Assembly (NCBI GenBank): GCA_018238625.1
Contig: JABCSY010000060.1
Span: 1-24,440, forward strand
DNA: 24,440 bases
Direction: 5' to 3'
From: Promethearchaeota archaeon
GTDB taxonomy: Archaea > Asgardarchaeota > Lokiarchaeia > Sigyniarchaeales > SOKP01
Below the pieces are notes generated by a model that had not been told where the DNA came from, did no database searches, and saw nothing but the letters and a program-made list of their open reading frames with translations. How positions within the stretch are numbered: the first letter of the stretch is position 1; each line of letters starts with the position of its first letter. Shown here piece after piece: positions 1 through 8,942 of the stretch. The translations under genes were made by a program, and so were the position numbers.

Positions 1-13
1 TTAAATAATATAT

Positions 14-49
14 TATATTAACATCTATATTAACATCTATTTTAACATT
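14..49. repeat. Short 12-bp-period direct repeat (TATATTAACATC x2 plus a degenerate third copy TATTTTAACATT)
   Basis: Read directly: 14-25 and 26-37 are identical; 38-49 differs at 2 positions; runs into a long T tract. Confidence 0.6.
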
Positions 50-237
50 TTTTTTTTTATAGGAAAAATTAGATTCTAGGATAATAAATAATATTTTTTA
101 AAAATTTGAATTGAAAACATTGCTGAAGAATTAGCAAAACCTTGCGTATGTGGAATTTTTAATACATCAAGAATAATAAATTTACTTGGTGAATTATCTA
201 AAGAGGAGTATAAATAATTTTATATATCTATTAAAAA

Positions 238-2277
238 TTAGAATTTATACACCAAACTTTTGTTTATTTGCTCCACCAATTTCGAATTATCATATAATAA
301 ATTAAATGAATTATTAATTTGATTTAGGTTTTCCTTCAATTCTCCCTTTAAATAAGTAAGGTATTTTGGCAGATCAAAACGATTTTTAAAATTTTTTATT
401 TTTATATCTGGAACCGAATTAGGAAAATTTAATAATTTATTTAATTCATCATAAGGCTCGAATTGTAAATATAATTGAGCAACTAAAGAATTTGTTAGGC
501 TTTGATAAAAATTTAAGAGCTTTTCGATTTCTAATAATCGAATTTCATCGTTTGGTTCTTGGAGAATTTCAAATCTTAATTGCGATAAAAATTGAATTAT
601 TTTACCTAGATAAGAAAGCGATGTGGGAAAACTCTCTGGCATGGGTAGTTTTTTTATAAAGCTTCCGTTAAACCTTAAATAGCCTCCAGACATATGAAGA
701 GTTCCGTATAATGCTTTAAATACCAAATTAATAATATCTGAATTCATTATCGAAAGTAAACAAAAATAGTCGTTTGTTTTAAATGAAGGTACACTTAAAA
801 AGTAAAGCCCCGTTAAATTAGCATAAATACCCGGATCATACACACAAGTAATATCCTTTGCAATTTCCCTAAAAATTATTTTTTCACTATTAAGGTAATC
901 CCAAACTTTTTTTTGCTCTGATTGAAAGCTAAAATATGATATTTCGTGATTTACTTTTGCGATTTTTATGCGTTTTTTGAAATTTATATAATATTTACCA
1001 ACATTTCCAGTTCCTATCAATATTAAATCTTTATTAGAAGTCTTATTTTTACTGATATTTTTGAAGTTTTCTGCCCATTTTATAAAACCAAAAGGACGAT
1101 ATATAATTTTTAAACCCTTTATAACTTGTATCATTGGTTTGAAATTTGTATATAAGAAGTTAACTAAGTTTATATCAGGGGATGTTGGTATTACAGATGA
1201 AGGAAGGTTTTTTATTGAATCCTGGGGTAATTTAGTTATTTTTTCGTTTTGCAAATACTTAAAATCTTTCATGCTCTCAAACTTTTTTATTAGAATCGTA
1301 TTGCTTGTGTTAGTTCTTTTTTTAAAAGAAATTATTATTGGATAAGCCGCTGTTTTTTGAAATATCGGTAATGAAGATATATTAATAATTTCCTTAAGCT
1401 CTGTATCTCGCAATATCATCTCTCTAATTTTCAGACCATAATCGGCTGATAAGAATTTATTAGTAGTTAAAAAAGATAGGCATCCAACTCCATTTTTCAA
1501 CAATTCTATCGATTTTTCAATAAAAATAACACTTAGATCAAACAACCCATAAGCAGATTCAAATTTTTTTTTGATTTTTTTTTTGAATTCAATATCTAAT
1601 ATCTTCTTATTTTCGACATAAGGAGGGTTTCCGATTATGATATCAATACCGGTTGAATCTAATTCAAGAAGATAATCTAAATTAAATATATTAAAATTCA
1701 GGTTGAATTTGTTAATAAAGTTTTCAATTTCGTCTAAATTTGAATTGGTACAAGCAAAACCGTCTAAAAAAGGGGACTCCACATCCGAATAAAGCCATAT
1801 TATTAGTCTTAGTTTTGATATTAAGTATGCTGACTTATCAATTTCGATTCCGTATAAATTGTTTTGAATTATTTTTTTCTTAATATCGTAATCGGAGTAC
1901 CTTAACTCAAATACTTTATTGATATTAAAAAGAACTTCAGCAATGGCAATCAAAAATCTTCCCGTGCCACAAGCTGGGTCTAGAATTTTAATATTTCTTA
2001 TTTTTGTTTCAAATCTATCTTTAAGACTATTATTTTTTGCGAGTAATTGTTTTAGACTGGCGTAATCACAGTTTGTTTGAAAGACATTTCTTAACTCTAA
2101 AAAATCGTCAAAAAAGATTCTAAAAATGTTTAATACCATAAAGTCCGCAATTGGTTGAGGAGTATAAACTACTCCACGATCTCGATTATTCTTCTTTTCG
2201 GTAACTATCTCATTTTCGAATTTATTAATTATATTTTCCAAAATTTGTATCCTATTTTTAGAATATGGCATTTTCAT
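238..2277 (-). CDS. N6-adenine DNA methyltransferase, gamma class (Eco57I/TaqI-like) with a C-terminal target-recognition region and no evident nuclease domain
   Basis: Motif X GVVYTP, motif I ILDPACGTGRFL, YGIEID, motif IV IIGNPPY, and a TaqI_C-like segment (KIIFREIAK...YD...LLSIMNS...IKKLPMP). Only about 30 aa precede motif X. Confidence 0.88.
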   Translation of the reverse strand: MKMPYSKNRIQILENIINKFENEIVTEKKNNRDRGVVYTPQPIADFMVLNIFRIFFDDFLELRNVFQTNCDYASLKQLLAKNNSLKDRFETKIRNIKILDPACGTGRFLIAIAEVLFNINKVFELRYSDYDIKKKIIQNNLYGIEIDKSAYLISKLRLIIWLYSDVESPFLDGFACTNSNLDEIENFINKFNLNFNIFNLDYLLELDSTGIDIIIGNPPYVENKKILDIEFKKKIKKKFESAYGLFDLSVIFIEKSIELLKNGVGCLSFLTTNKFLSADYGLKIREMILRDTELKEIINISSLPIFQKTAAYPIIISFKKRTNTSNTILIKKFESMKDFKYLQNEKITKLPQDSIKNLPSSVIPTSPDINLVNFLYTNFKPMIQVIKGLKIIYRPFGFIKWAENFKNISKNKTSNKDLILIGTGNVGKYYINFKKRIKIAKVNHEISYFSFQSEQKKVWDYLNSEKIIFREIAKDITCVYDPGIYANLTGLYFLSVPSFKTNDYFCLLSIMNSDIINLVFKALYGTLHMSGGYLRFNGSFIKKLPMPESFPTSLSYLGKIIQFLSQLRFEILQEPNDEIRLLEIEKLLNFYQSLTNSLVAQLYLQFEPYDELNKLLNFPNSVPDIKIKNFKNRFDLPKYLTYLKGELKENLNQINNSFNLLYDNSKLVEQINKSLVYKF

Positions 2278-2436
2278 GGAATTTTAACAAAAAAAATCGT
2301 TTCTTTAAGATTTTTTATTAACACTAATTCTAATAATCAAATCCTTTATTTATAAAAATGCAAGATCTTAATTTAAAAGTTAAAGTACAATTAATAGAGA
2401 TAAATTAAAAATTATACTTGCTAATAAGATTAAAAA

Positions 2437-3339
2437 GTGATAGATAAACCGTTTTTAGAGAACTTTATAAAGGAACCATATAAAATCTCTAAATTAGATT
2501 TCCACTATATTTCACAGATTTTACGAGAAGCAGAAGAGATTTTTAAAGAAGAAAAACTGTTATTAGAGTTTAACCTCGATGATTCTAAAAGCGAAGTGTG
2601 GGTTATTGGAGATATTCATGGAAATTTAGAAACTTTACAAAAATTGATTGATATGATAGATGAAAAAAATCCCGAGATTGTAATTTTTCTAGGTGACATC
2701 GTTGATCGGGGTAAAAATCAGTTAGAATGTTTAATTTTGGTTCTCGCGCTAAAAATTAGACATCCAAATAAATACTTTCTATTAAAGGGGAATCACGAAA
2801 CTTTGGAAATGAACAAAGTTTATGGATTCTTCCAAGAATTTAAACGTAGATTTAATGATAACCTAAAATTTGACGAAGTTTTAGCCGTGTACAATGTACT
2901 TCCTTTTTGTGCTTTAGTAAATAAAAGCATATTATGTCTGCATGGTGGGATTCCCGAAGATATCGCGATTTTAAGGAAGTTGAGAGGTTTAAAACCAGGA
3001 GATAGTGTTTCTAAATCCAAAACCATAGCAAAAAGCCTAGTACAAATTATGTGGAATGACCCTAAATCCGACTTAAAAGGATTTTCAGAAAGTTTTAGAG
3101 GCCCTGGAATAAAATCTTTTGGAGAAGATGTTTTTAATGATTTTATGAAAGAGTATAATTTAAAATATTTAATTAGAGCGCACGAAGTATTCCCTGAAGG
3201 TTATAGATGGTTTTTCAACGAACGGTTGTTATCTATATTTTCATCTGCTAATTACCCAGGTAAGTTTTCACCAAATCCAGCGTCCTACGCCGTTATAAAA
3301 AACAATTTGGTAAAACCAAGATTGATCAAAGAATCATAA
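2437..3339 (+). CDS. PPP-family Ser/Thr protein phosphatase (metallophosphoesterase)
   Basis: GDIHG, GDIVDRG, GNHE, HGG, MWNDP, RGPG..FG, IRAHE and SIFSSANY motifs in canonical order. GTG start. Overlaps the convergent downstream gene by 6 bp. Confidence 0.93.
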   Translation: MIDKPFLENFIKEPYKISKLDFHYISQILREAEEIFKEEKLLLEFNLDDSKSEVWVIGDIHGNLETLQKLIDMIDEKNPEIVIFLGDIVDRGKNQLECLILVLALKIRHPNKYFLLKGNHETLEMNKVYGFFQEFKRRFNDNLKFDEVLAVYNVLPFCALVNKSILCLHGGIPEDIAILRKLRGLKPGDSVSKSKTIAKSLVQIMWNDPKSDLKGFSESFRGPGIKSFGEDVFNDFMKEYNLKYLIRAHEVFPEGYRWFFNERLLSIFSSANYPGKFSPNPASYAVIKNNLVKPRLIKES

Positions 3340-3777
3340 CACCAGTTCGGGAAATCTTTCTACAATCTCGAGGTATTTTTTAATTACTTCCTTCCATCGA
3401 TCGGTTTTATCTAATTCCAGAGATAATTTTTGTGAAGCTATTGTCTTTTTTGTAGGTATATAGATATAAGCAGACAATTTTCTATTATTTTTTAAACAAA
3501 CTTCAGTGATTATTCGTTCAAATAAATCATCAAAAACTCCTTCGATTGAGTCTAACAATTCTAATCCTTGTAGGCTCACATCAAATTTTAAAGCCCAAAA
3601 GGAATTCTTTGAACGTAGAGCATAAGGAAACCAACTATTTTTAGGAAAAACTCTTGTAAAATTTTTTACAAGGCACACTTCAACATTGAGTTTATCCTTC
3701 CACAGATTCCGAGTTATGAAAGTTCCATAACCAATAACTGATACGAGACTATAATCTGAGCTTTTATTATCAATCAA
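3334..3777 (-). CDS. Gamma-glutamylcyclotransferase-like (GGCT/AIG2-like) protein
   Basis: N-terminal VIGYGT, LD.IEG with the putative catalytic Glu, then FER..V and AYIY. TTG start is uncertain. Confidence 0.7.
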   Translation of the reverse strand: MIDNKSSDYSLVSVIGYGTFITRNLWKDKLNVEVCLVKNFTRVFPKNSWFPYALRSKNSFWALKFDVSLQGLELLDSIEGVFDDLFERIITEVCLKNNRKLSAYIYIPTKKTIASQKLSLELDKTDRWKEVIKKYLEIVERFPELVL

Positions 3778-3868
3778 TTTAAGCTCTCAATTTACATAAC
3801 TTAAGAATTAAAAATTGAGCATTTGAAACGAGGGAATTAGATTAAATGATATGATGTGCTTCCGATTT

Positions 3869-4126
3869 TTATATTTTTAGCTGATTTGCATCGGGTTTTA
3901 TGAAGAGAAGATTATTCCCACGGATGAAGATCTCGTTGTACTTAGCCACAGGACTACCCTCCATGATTTCAGTCGCATCTTCTAGAATCATGTTCATGTA
4001 AGCATCAATTTCTTTTAAGATCCCCTTATATTCAGTGCCATCTTTTAGTCTGAGCAATATCTCACTGTTCTGGGCATTTTGAAGGATTGCTAAAGGGTTC
4101 TTATTTCTGATATTCTGATTTGACAT
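3869..4126 (-). CDS. Sm-like archaeal protein (LSm/SmAP)
   Basis: Sm1 motif LKDG.EY.G.L..ID.YMN..LEDA.E and Sm2 motif IFIRGNNLLFI; 85 aa. Confidence 0.95.
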   Translation of the reverse strand: MSNQNIRNKNPLAILQNAQNSEILLRLKDGTEYKGILKEIDAYMNMILEDATEIMEGSPVAKYNEIFIRGNNLLFIKPDANQLKI

Positions 4127-4234
4127 ATTTTAACCTTTATAAAAACATTTATAATATAATTATTGAAAAGATAATTTAAAGAAAAACTTTTTTGAATTAA
4201 AACCTTTTTATCGGATATTAATTATTCTTATATT

Positions 4235-4846
4235 TTGTTCTGTTTGGTAATTTTCTTGAAACCTTTAAATAAAGATTTAGATAAGAAAAAAAATGTTATT
4301 GAGAAATACAATTCAACCTCAAGCTTCTATGATAGTAGATATAGCGAAATCCAAAAAGAAAAGTATAAAATTCTTTTTAGAAATTGTAATTTAAATTATA
4401 AAACCATTCTAGATGCTGGTTGTGGTACTGGTCTATCAATTGAATTTTTTTCTAACTTGAATATCAATAATTTAAAGAAGAAGGTCAAATATATTGGAAT
4501 AGATATCTCTTGGAAAATGCTAATGAACTTTTGTGACAAATCTAAAAAAATAAAAGATATAAATCTAATTTTGGGAGATATCGAAAATTTACCTCTAAGA
4601 GAGAATAGCTTTAATGTAATTTTTTCAATCACATCGCTCCAAAATTTACCAGTCATAAAGAAAGGTTTGGGTGAAATTATTCGAGTCGGTCAAAAGGATT
4701 CACTTTTAAAATTATCAGTCTTACGAAAGCAATTGAAAGTAGATGATTTAACAGCATATTTAAAAACACATACAACAGACCTTAAGACTGAATTTTTAGA
4801 TAATATAGAGGACGTGTTCATTCAAGGAAGTCTAAATAAGCATTAA
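4235..4846 (+). CDS. Class I SAM-dependent methyltransferase (Methyltransf_11/25 type, with Bud23/WBSCR22-like features)
   Basis: ILDAGCGTG motif I, GIDIS..ML, GD.ENLP.R..SF and SITSLQ. The true start may be a downstream TTG near 4256. Confidence 0.85.
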   Translation: MFCLVIFLKPLNKDLDKKKNVIEKYNSTSSFYDSRYSEIQKEKYKILFRNCNLNYKTILDAGCGTGLSIEFFSNLNINNLKKKVKYIGIDISWKMLMNFCDKSKKIKDINLILGDIENLPLRENSFNVIFSITSLQNLPVIKKGLGEIIRVGQKDSLLKLSVLRKQLKVDDLTAYLKTHTTDLKTEFLDNIEDVFIQGSLNKH

Positions 4847-4854
4847 CTCTAATA

Positions 4855-5742
4855 TCACTTTTTTTTAAACGATTGAATAATCTCTACAGGGTTGCTTTCT
4901 ATATGGTATTTCTTTTGAAAGAAGTTACACACATTTGTAATATCTTTTTCTAAAATTGATCTTGCGTTTGGATGATCTGATGAAATCCATTGTAGCCAAT
5001 CGATTATTAATATATTTCCTTTATTATCTACTACTATATTGAATTCTCCTAAATCTCCATGGATCATATCCGCTTCTTGATAAATTATTTTAATTTGTTT
5101 AATGATCTTGTTAAAAATCTTACTTGGATTTTTAAGGTTTTGATAATAGGCTAATTCTTTTCCTCTTAAGTATGACATTACAATCATATGTCGATTAAGC
5201 CCTATTGGTTTAGGTGTATCTACTTTAAGATCGTCGAGTTTACCTAAAGCGTCAAATTCTTTTTTAGCGGCAAGTCTATTAACATACAACCAAGATAAAT
5301 GTTTTCGGTTATCAAGAAAACTTCTTAACATCTTAATGTTTTTAAAACTTGTCCTTCCCATCCTAAATATTTTTAAAGCGTAAATATTTTCGTTATCGTC
5401 CATACAACCATAGACATCTGATTCTTTACCTTTACCTATCATAGGTCCTAACTGACTAATTGTCCCTCTCTCAACCAAGGTGTGCAGACCTAGTACGTCG
5501 TATCCAATAGAATTAAGGGTATAGCCTATATCGTTTTTAGAGGAATCTCTTACTATTAATTCTAATTTATGTACCTTTTTAAGACGATATAAGGTTTCTT
5601 CTATTGGATTCCTAGAATAGAATTTTATATTATTTATCGTAACATATTTAGATCTTTTCATTCCGATCTCAATTCCCACTAAAACTCTTAAATCTTCCTT
5701 ACCCAGCTTTTTTTTCTCCAGTAATTTTGCTGCTTCAGCCAT
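4855..5742 (-). CDS. rio2: RIO2 atypical protein kinase/ATPase (small ribosomal subunit maturation)
   Basis: N-terminal winged-helix region (LRVLVGIEIGMKR..YV; GYDVLGL), P-loop IGKGKESDVY, KIFRMGRTSF, catalytic IHGDLGEFNI and IIDWLQ. Confidence 0.93.
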   Translation of the reverse strand: MAEAAKLLEKKKLGKEDLRVLVGIEIGMKRSKYVTINNIKFYSRNPIEETLYRLKKVHKLELIVRDSSKNDIGYTLNSIGYDVLGLHTLVERGTISQLGPMIGKGKESDVYGCMDDNENIYALKIFRMGRTSFKNIKMLRSFLDNRKHLSWLYVNRLAAKKEFDALGKLDDLKVDTPKPIGLNRHMIVMSYLRGKELAYYQNLKNPSKIFNKIIKQIKIIYQEADMIHGDLGEFNIVVDNKGNILIIDWLQWISSDHPNARSILEKDITNVCNFFQKKYHIESNPVEIIQSFKKK

Positions 5743-5838
5743 ATCGATTATTTTATAATTTCTTTTAATTTAAGACACTTATCTAAAAATTATTAAGCTA
5801 ATATTTAAAACATTTCTTAAAAATTGGAACTTAGTAGA

Positions 5839-6624
5839 TCAAAAAATATATTTTCTGTAGGTTGCCATAAATGAGATGAGTTTTTTCGCGTTTGGTAACT
5901 CAAAAATCATAATACCTGTAATAATTACAATTAAAAATATAAAAATATCATTTTGTCTGATATAATAAATTGAAGCGGTTGATCCATCTTGGAATAAAAA
6001 CAAGAAAATTCCTTGCTGTAGATAAAACGCTATTCCACTGCAAATTATCACGCCTAATAAGGAATAAACAATAGCTTGATGTTCGCTCTCAAAGATACCT
6101 ATCGCAGTAATAATAACAAAAGAAATCAAGGAAATTATTATTAATATATACGAAATATAGAGCCAATTACTGTATATATCCGCACTAACTTTAAAATTAT
6201 TGCCAATATTCGTCCAAAACAAAGAAGAACCTAAATTTAGAGCAAATAATATCGGTAAAATTAAAGAAACTATTAGAAAAATTAAATATAACCTTATTGT
6301 AATAAATCTTGTAAACTTCTGGTATTCTCTTTCGTCTTCTTGTTTAATTTCATTTAACATTGATTCCAATTTGTTTTGAATATAATCTGGAACTTCTTTC
6401 TTTAAAATTGATAATTGGAAATGAATGTGAGGATAGCTGGACATTAAATTTTCTAACAATTTATAACCTTTATTAAGCCTTTCTTTAGAACTTTTTGGGC
6501 CGTTCCAGAGGTAGATAATTTTACGCTCTTCATCCAAAATTGCGCATAAATCGTGAAAAAGTAAGCTTGTGTTTTCCTCGACCCAGCTTTTATTAGGTTC
6601 GTTGAAAATGTATGTCTTCAGCAT
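5839..6624 (-). CDS. Membrane protein with an N-terminal gelsolin-like domain and about 4 transmembrane helices
   Basis: SLLFHDLCAILDEERKIIYLWNGPKSSKE resembles the gelsolin repeat core (SL...D..ILD....IY.W.G..SS..E). Four hydrophobic stretches at about aa 110-137, 154-178, 184-203 and 227-243. Confidence 0.65.
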   Translation of the reverse strand: MLKTYIFNEPNKSWVEENTSLLFHDLCAILDEERKIIYLWNGPKSSKERLNKGYKLLENLMSSYPHIHFQLSILKKEVPDYIQNKLESMLNEIKQEDEREYQKFTRFITIRLYLIFLIVSLILPILFALNLGSSLFWTNIGNNFKVSADIYSNWLYISYILIIISLISFVIITAIGIFESEHQAIVYSLLGVIICSGIAFYLQQGIFLFLFQDGSTASIYYIRQNDIFIFLIVIITGIMIFELPNAKKLISFMATYRKYIF

Positions 6625-6743
6625 AGATAATCAATAATTTTTAACTCTAAATAATTTATATTTTTTTCTATATCTTAACTATGTTGTTAAAATATTAAAA
6701 TTAGAAAAAATTAAAATAACTAAAAGAAATCTGTTGAAAATAG

Positions 6744-7640
6744 TTATTCTTTTTCAATTCTCTCCTTAATTTCTTCCCATAGGGCGTTAATATATTGTTT
6801 GTAATCCTCAATTTGACTATCAGAGATTGTTCTAAATCTTTTTTGGACTTTTAAATATTCCTCAATAGGTTTGCGTTTTGTTGGGTCTAAAAATCTTTTG
6901 CTATCTTTGGATAAAACAAACTTACCGTTAATTACTTCGTATAACGGCCAGAAACCCGTTTGAACTGCTAGTCTCCCGATCTCAATTGAATCTTTTGGAT
7001 TATATCCCCATCCCGGAGGGCAAGGAGCAAGAATGTGTATATATTTTGGACCATAAATATTTTGAGCGTTCTTAAATTTATCGTATAGATCAAGTGGATA
7101 CGACGAAATGGCTGTTGCAACGTAAGGGATGCCGTGTGCTTCCATAATTTTAGCCATGTTTTTTTTGTATCCCACTTTACCAGTAGGAGTTGTAGTGCTA
7201 AAAGCACCAGGTGGTGTACTTCCACTTCTTTGAACACCTGTATTCATATACGCCTCGTTGTCATAACAAGCAAAAATAAAGTTGGTTCCTCTCTCAGCCG
7301 CTCCGCTCAAGCTCTGGATTCCAATATCTACGGTCCCACCATCACCCGCAAACGCAACGACGTTAACATCGGTTAATCCTTTGTCTTCAAGAGAAGCTAC
7401 AATTCCAGAAGCAGAAGCACCCGTAGTAGCAAAAGGTGTGTGGAGCACAGAAACCTTAGTGGTACAGAACCCTTGCATTCCGTGTAAAACAGTTAAACAC
7501 GAAGCGGGTACAGTAATAATTGTTCTTGGCCCCAGGGCTTTTAGAGCAATTCTATATAATAACGCCATTGAACATCCTGCGCACGCTCTAGTGCCGGGGT
7601 AAATGAACTCTTCTTCAGGTATATCCATTAATTTAACCAA
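6744..7640 (-). CDS. porB: Pyruvate/2-ketoisovalerate:ferredoxin oxidoreductase beta (TPP-binding) subunit
   Basis: ACAGC, TPP motif GDGG...DIG...YDNEAYMNTG.QRS, and PCPPGW. SD AGGAGG lies upstream in the porA 3' end. Substrate specificity is not resolvable. Confidence 0.93.
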   Translation of the reverse strand: MVKLMDIPEEEFIYPGTRACAGCSMALLYRIALKALGPRTIITVPASCLTVLHGMQGFCTTKVSVLHTPFATTGASASGIVASLEDKGLTDVNVVAFAGDGGTVDIGIQSLSGAAERGTNFIFACYDNEAYMNTGVQRSGSTPPGAFSTTTPTGKVGYKKNMAKIMEAHGIPYVATAISSYPLDLYDKFKNAQNIYGPKYIHILAPCPPGWGYNPKDSIEIGRLAVQTGFWPLYEVINGKFVLSKDSKRFLDPTKRKPIEEYLKVQKRFRTISDSQIEDYKQYINALWEEIKERIEKE

Positions 7641-7646
7641 TATATT

Positions 7647-8942
7647 TTAACCTCCTTTGAAATATTCTGATTCATCATAATCCCCTAACTCTTCCAATCT
7701 TAAGCCAATAAAATCGGTTTCATGTGATATTGTTCCTATTTCGGATTCTTCAATTGCTTTATACACGCCCTTTATAATGTGTTGATCAGTAATATCTCTA
7801 CCCCCTAACCCTACTATAAATCCTTTAATAAAGGGACTATTTTTCAAACCATACAAAGCAGCTTTCAACTCGTACGATAATACGCCTTCGTATCCATAAC
7901 CAATATCCCTATCAAAAACGACTACTTGCTTTTTATTTTTGAAAAACTCTCTTAAATACGAAACGGGAAACGGTCTAAATAGTTTCAAGCTCACTAAACC
8001 AATTTTTAACCCGTCTTTTCGAAGTTTTTTAATCGCATTTCGAGCTTGAGAAGCCACTGAACCCATTGCAAAAATAATAGTATCCGCGTCTTCAGTTAAG
8101 TGCGTTTTATAGATTCCATTTCCGTAAGTTCGCCCAAATTTATCGGCAAATTCGTCATGAACCTCTTTGATCACTTCAATTGAATTTTCAAGAGCTTTTT
8201 GCATCGCATATCTATACTCAAAATACCCGGGAGCGATTCCTTCTTCACCCCGATTTATTAAATTAGGCGTGGTGACAGGATCTATACCTTTCACTTGAGA
8301 CATATCTGATAAATTTATATGATGTTTTAGAGGAGGTAAAAAATCATCGACATCTTCTTGTTTTTCTAGGATTACGGGCATCATGGTATGGGATAATATA
8401 TAACCATCATAAGCTACAACTGTTGGAAGAAAAACTCTTGAGTCTTCCGCAATTCTAAAAGCTTGGAGATTTGTATCGTAAATTTCTTGATTGTCCATAC
8501 AAAACATTTGAATCCAACCAACATCACGCATAGTAATAAAGTCTTGGTGATCCGTCCAAACCGACCAAGGGGCTCCTGTTGCTCTAGTTGCTAAATTTAT
8601 TATTATAGGTAATCTATTGCCCGCAGCCCACGGTAACATTTCATACATTAACATTAATCCGTGAGAGGAGGTTGCAGTACCCACTCTTGACCCTGTAGCT
8701 GAGGCCGCGCAACATACGGCTAACGCAGAGTGTTCTGATTCTACTTTAACAAAACGGGTGTTCATTTTGCCCTTCGAAATAAAATCCGCTATTTTTTCGA
8801 CTACCGGACTTTGAGGGGTTATTGGGTAGGCCGCAACTACGCCTACTTTAGCTTGCCTAAGGGCTTGAGCAGCCGCATGGTTTCCTGTTAAAATCTTAAC
8901 TTTAGAACTAATTTTTTCGGATTTCTTTTCTGTAACTGTCAT
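7647..8942 (-). CDS. porA: Pyruvate/2-ketoisovalerate:ferredoxin oxidoreductase alpha subunit
   Basis: GNHAAA, AYPITPQ, VESEHSA, TATSSHG, LFRPFP and GLGGRD. ATGA overlap with porD. Confidence 0.94.
   Translation of the reverse strand: MTVTEKKSEKISSKVKILTGNHAAAQALRQAKVGVVAAYPITPQSPVVEKIADFISKGKMNTRFVKVESEHSALAVCCAASATGSRVGTATSSHGLMLMYEMLPWAAGNRLPIIINLATRATGAPWSVWTDHQDFITMRDVGWIQMFCMDNQEIYDTNLQAFRIAEDSRVFLPTVVAYDGYILSHTMMPVILEKQEDVDDFLPPLKHHINLSDMSQVKGIDPVTTPNLINRGEEGIAPGYFEYRYAMQKALENSIEVIKEVHDEFADKFGRTYGNGIYKTHLTEDADTIIFAMGSVASQARNAIKKLRKDGLKIGLVSLKLFRPFPVSYLREFFKNKKQVVVFDRDIGYGYEGVLSYELKAALYGLKNSPFIKGFIVGLGGRDITDQHIIKGVYKAIEESEIGTISHETDFIGLRLEELGDYDESEYFKGG
7650..7657 (-). promoter_or_regulatory. 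Shine-Dalgarno motif (AAGGAGGT) for porB within the last codons of porA
   Basis: Minus strand reads AAAGGAGGTTAAAATATA-TTG. Confidence 0.6.

Noticed and set aside
1564-1584. T9 and T10 runs inside the DNA methyltransferase as a phase-variation switch
   Set aside because: They encode a Lys-rich stretch (KKKIKKK) in an intact frame, and a similar A10 run occurs in the kinase (11820-11829), so this looks like low-GC background.
3786-3884. 8-bp inverted repeat (3786-3793 / 3812-3819) and C/D-box-like words (ATGATGT at 3851, CTGA at 3881) near the Sm gene 3' end
   Set aside because: The stem is weak and AT-rich, box C is imperfect, the span is too short with no C'/D' boxes, and it overlaps the Sm CDS antisense.
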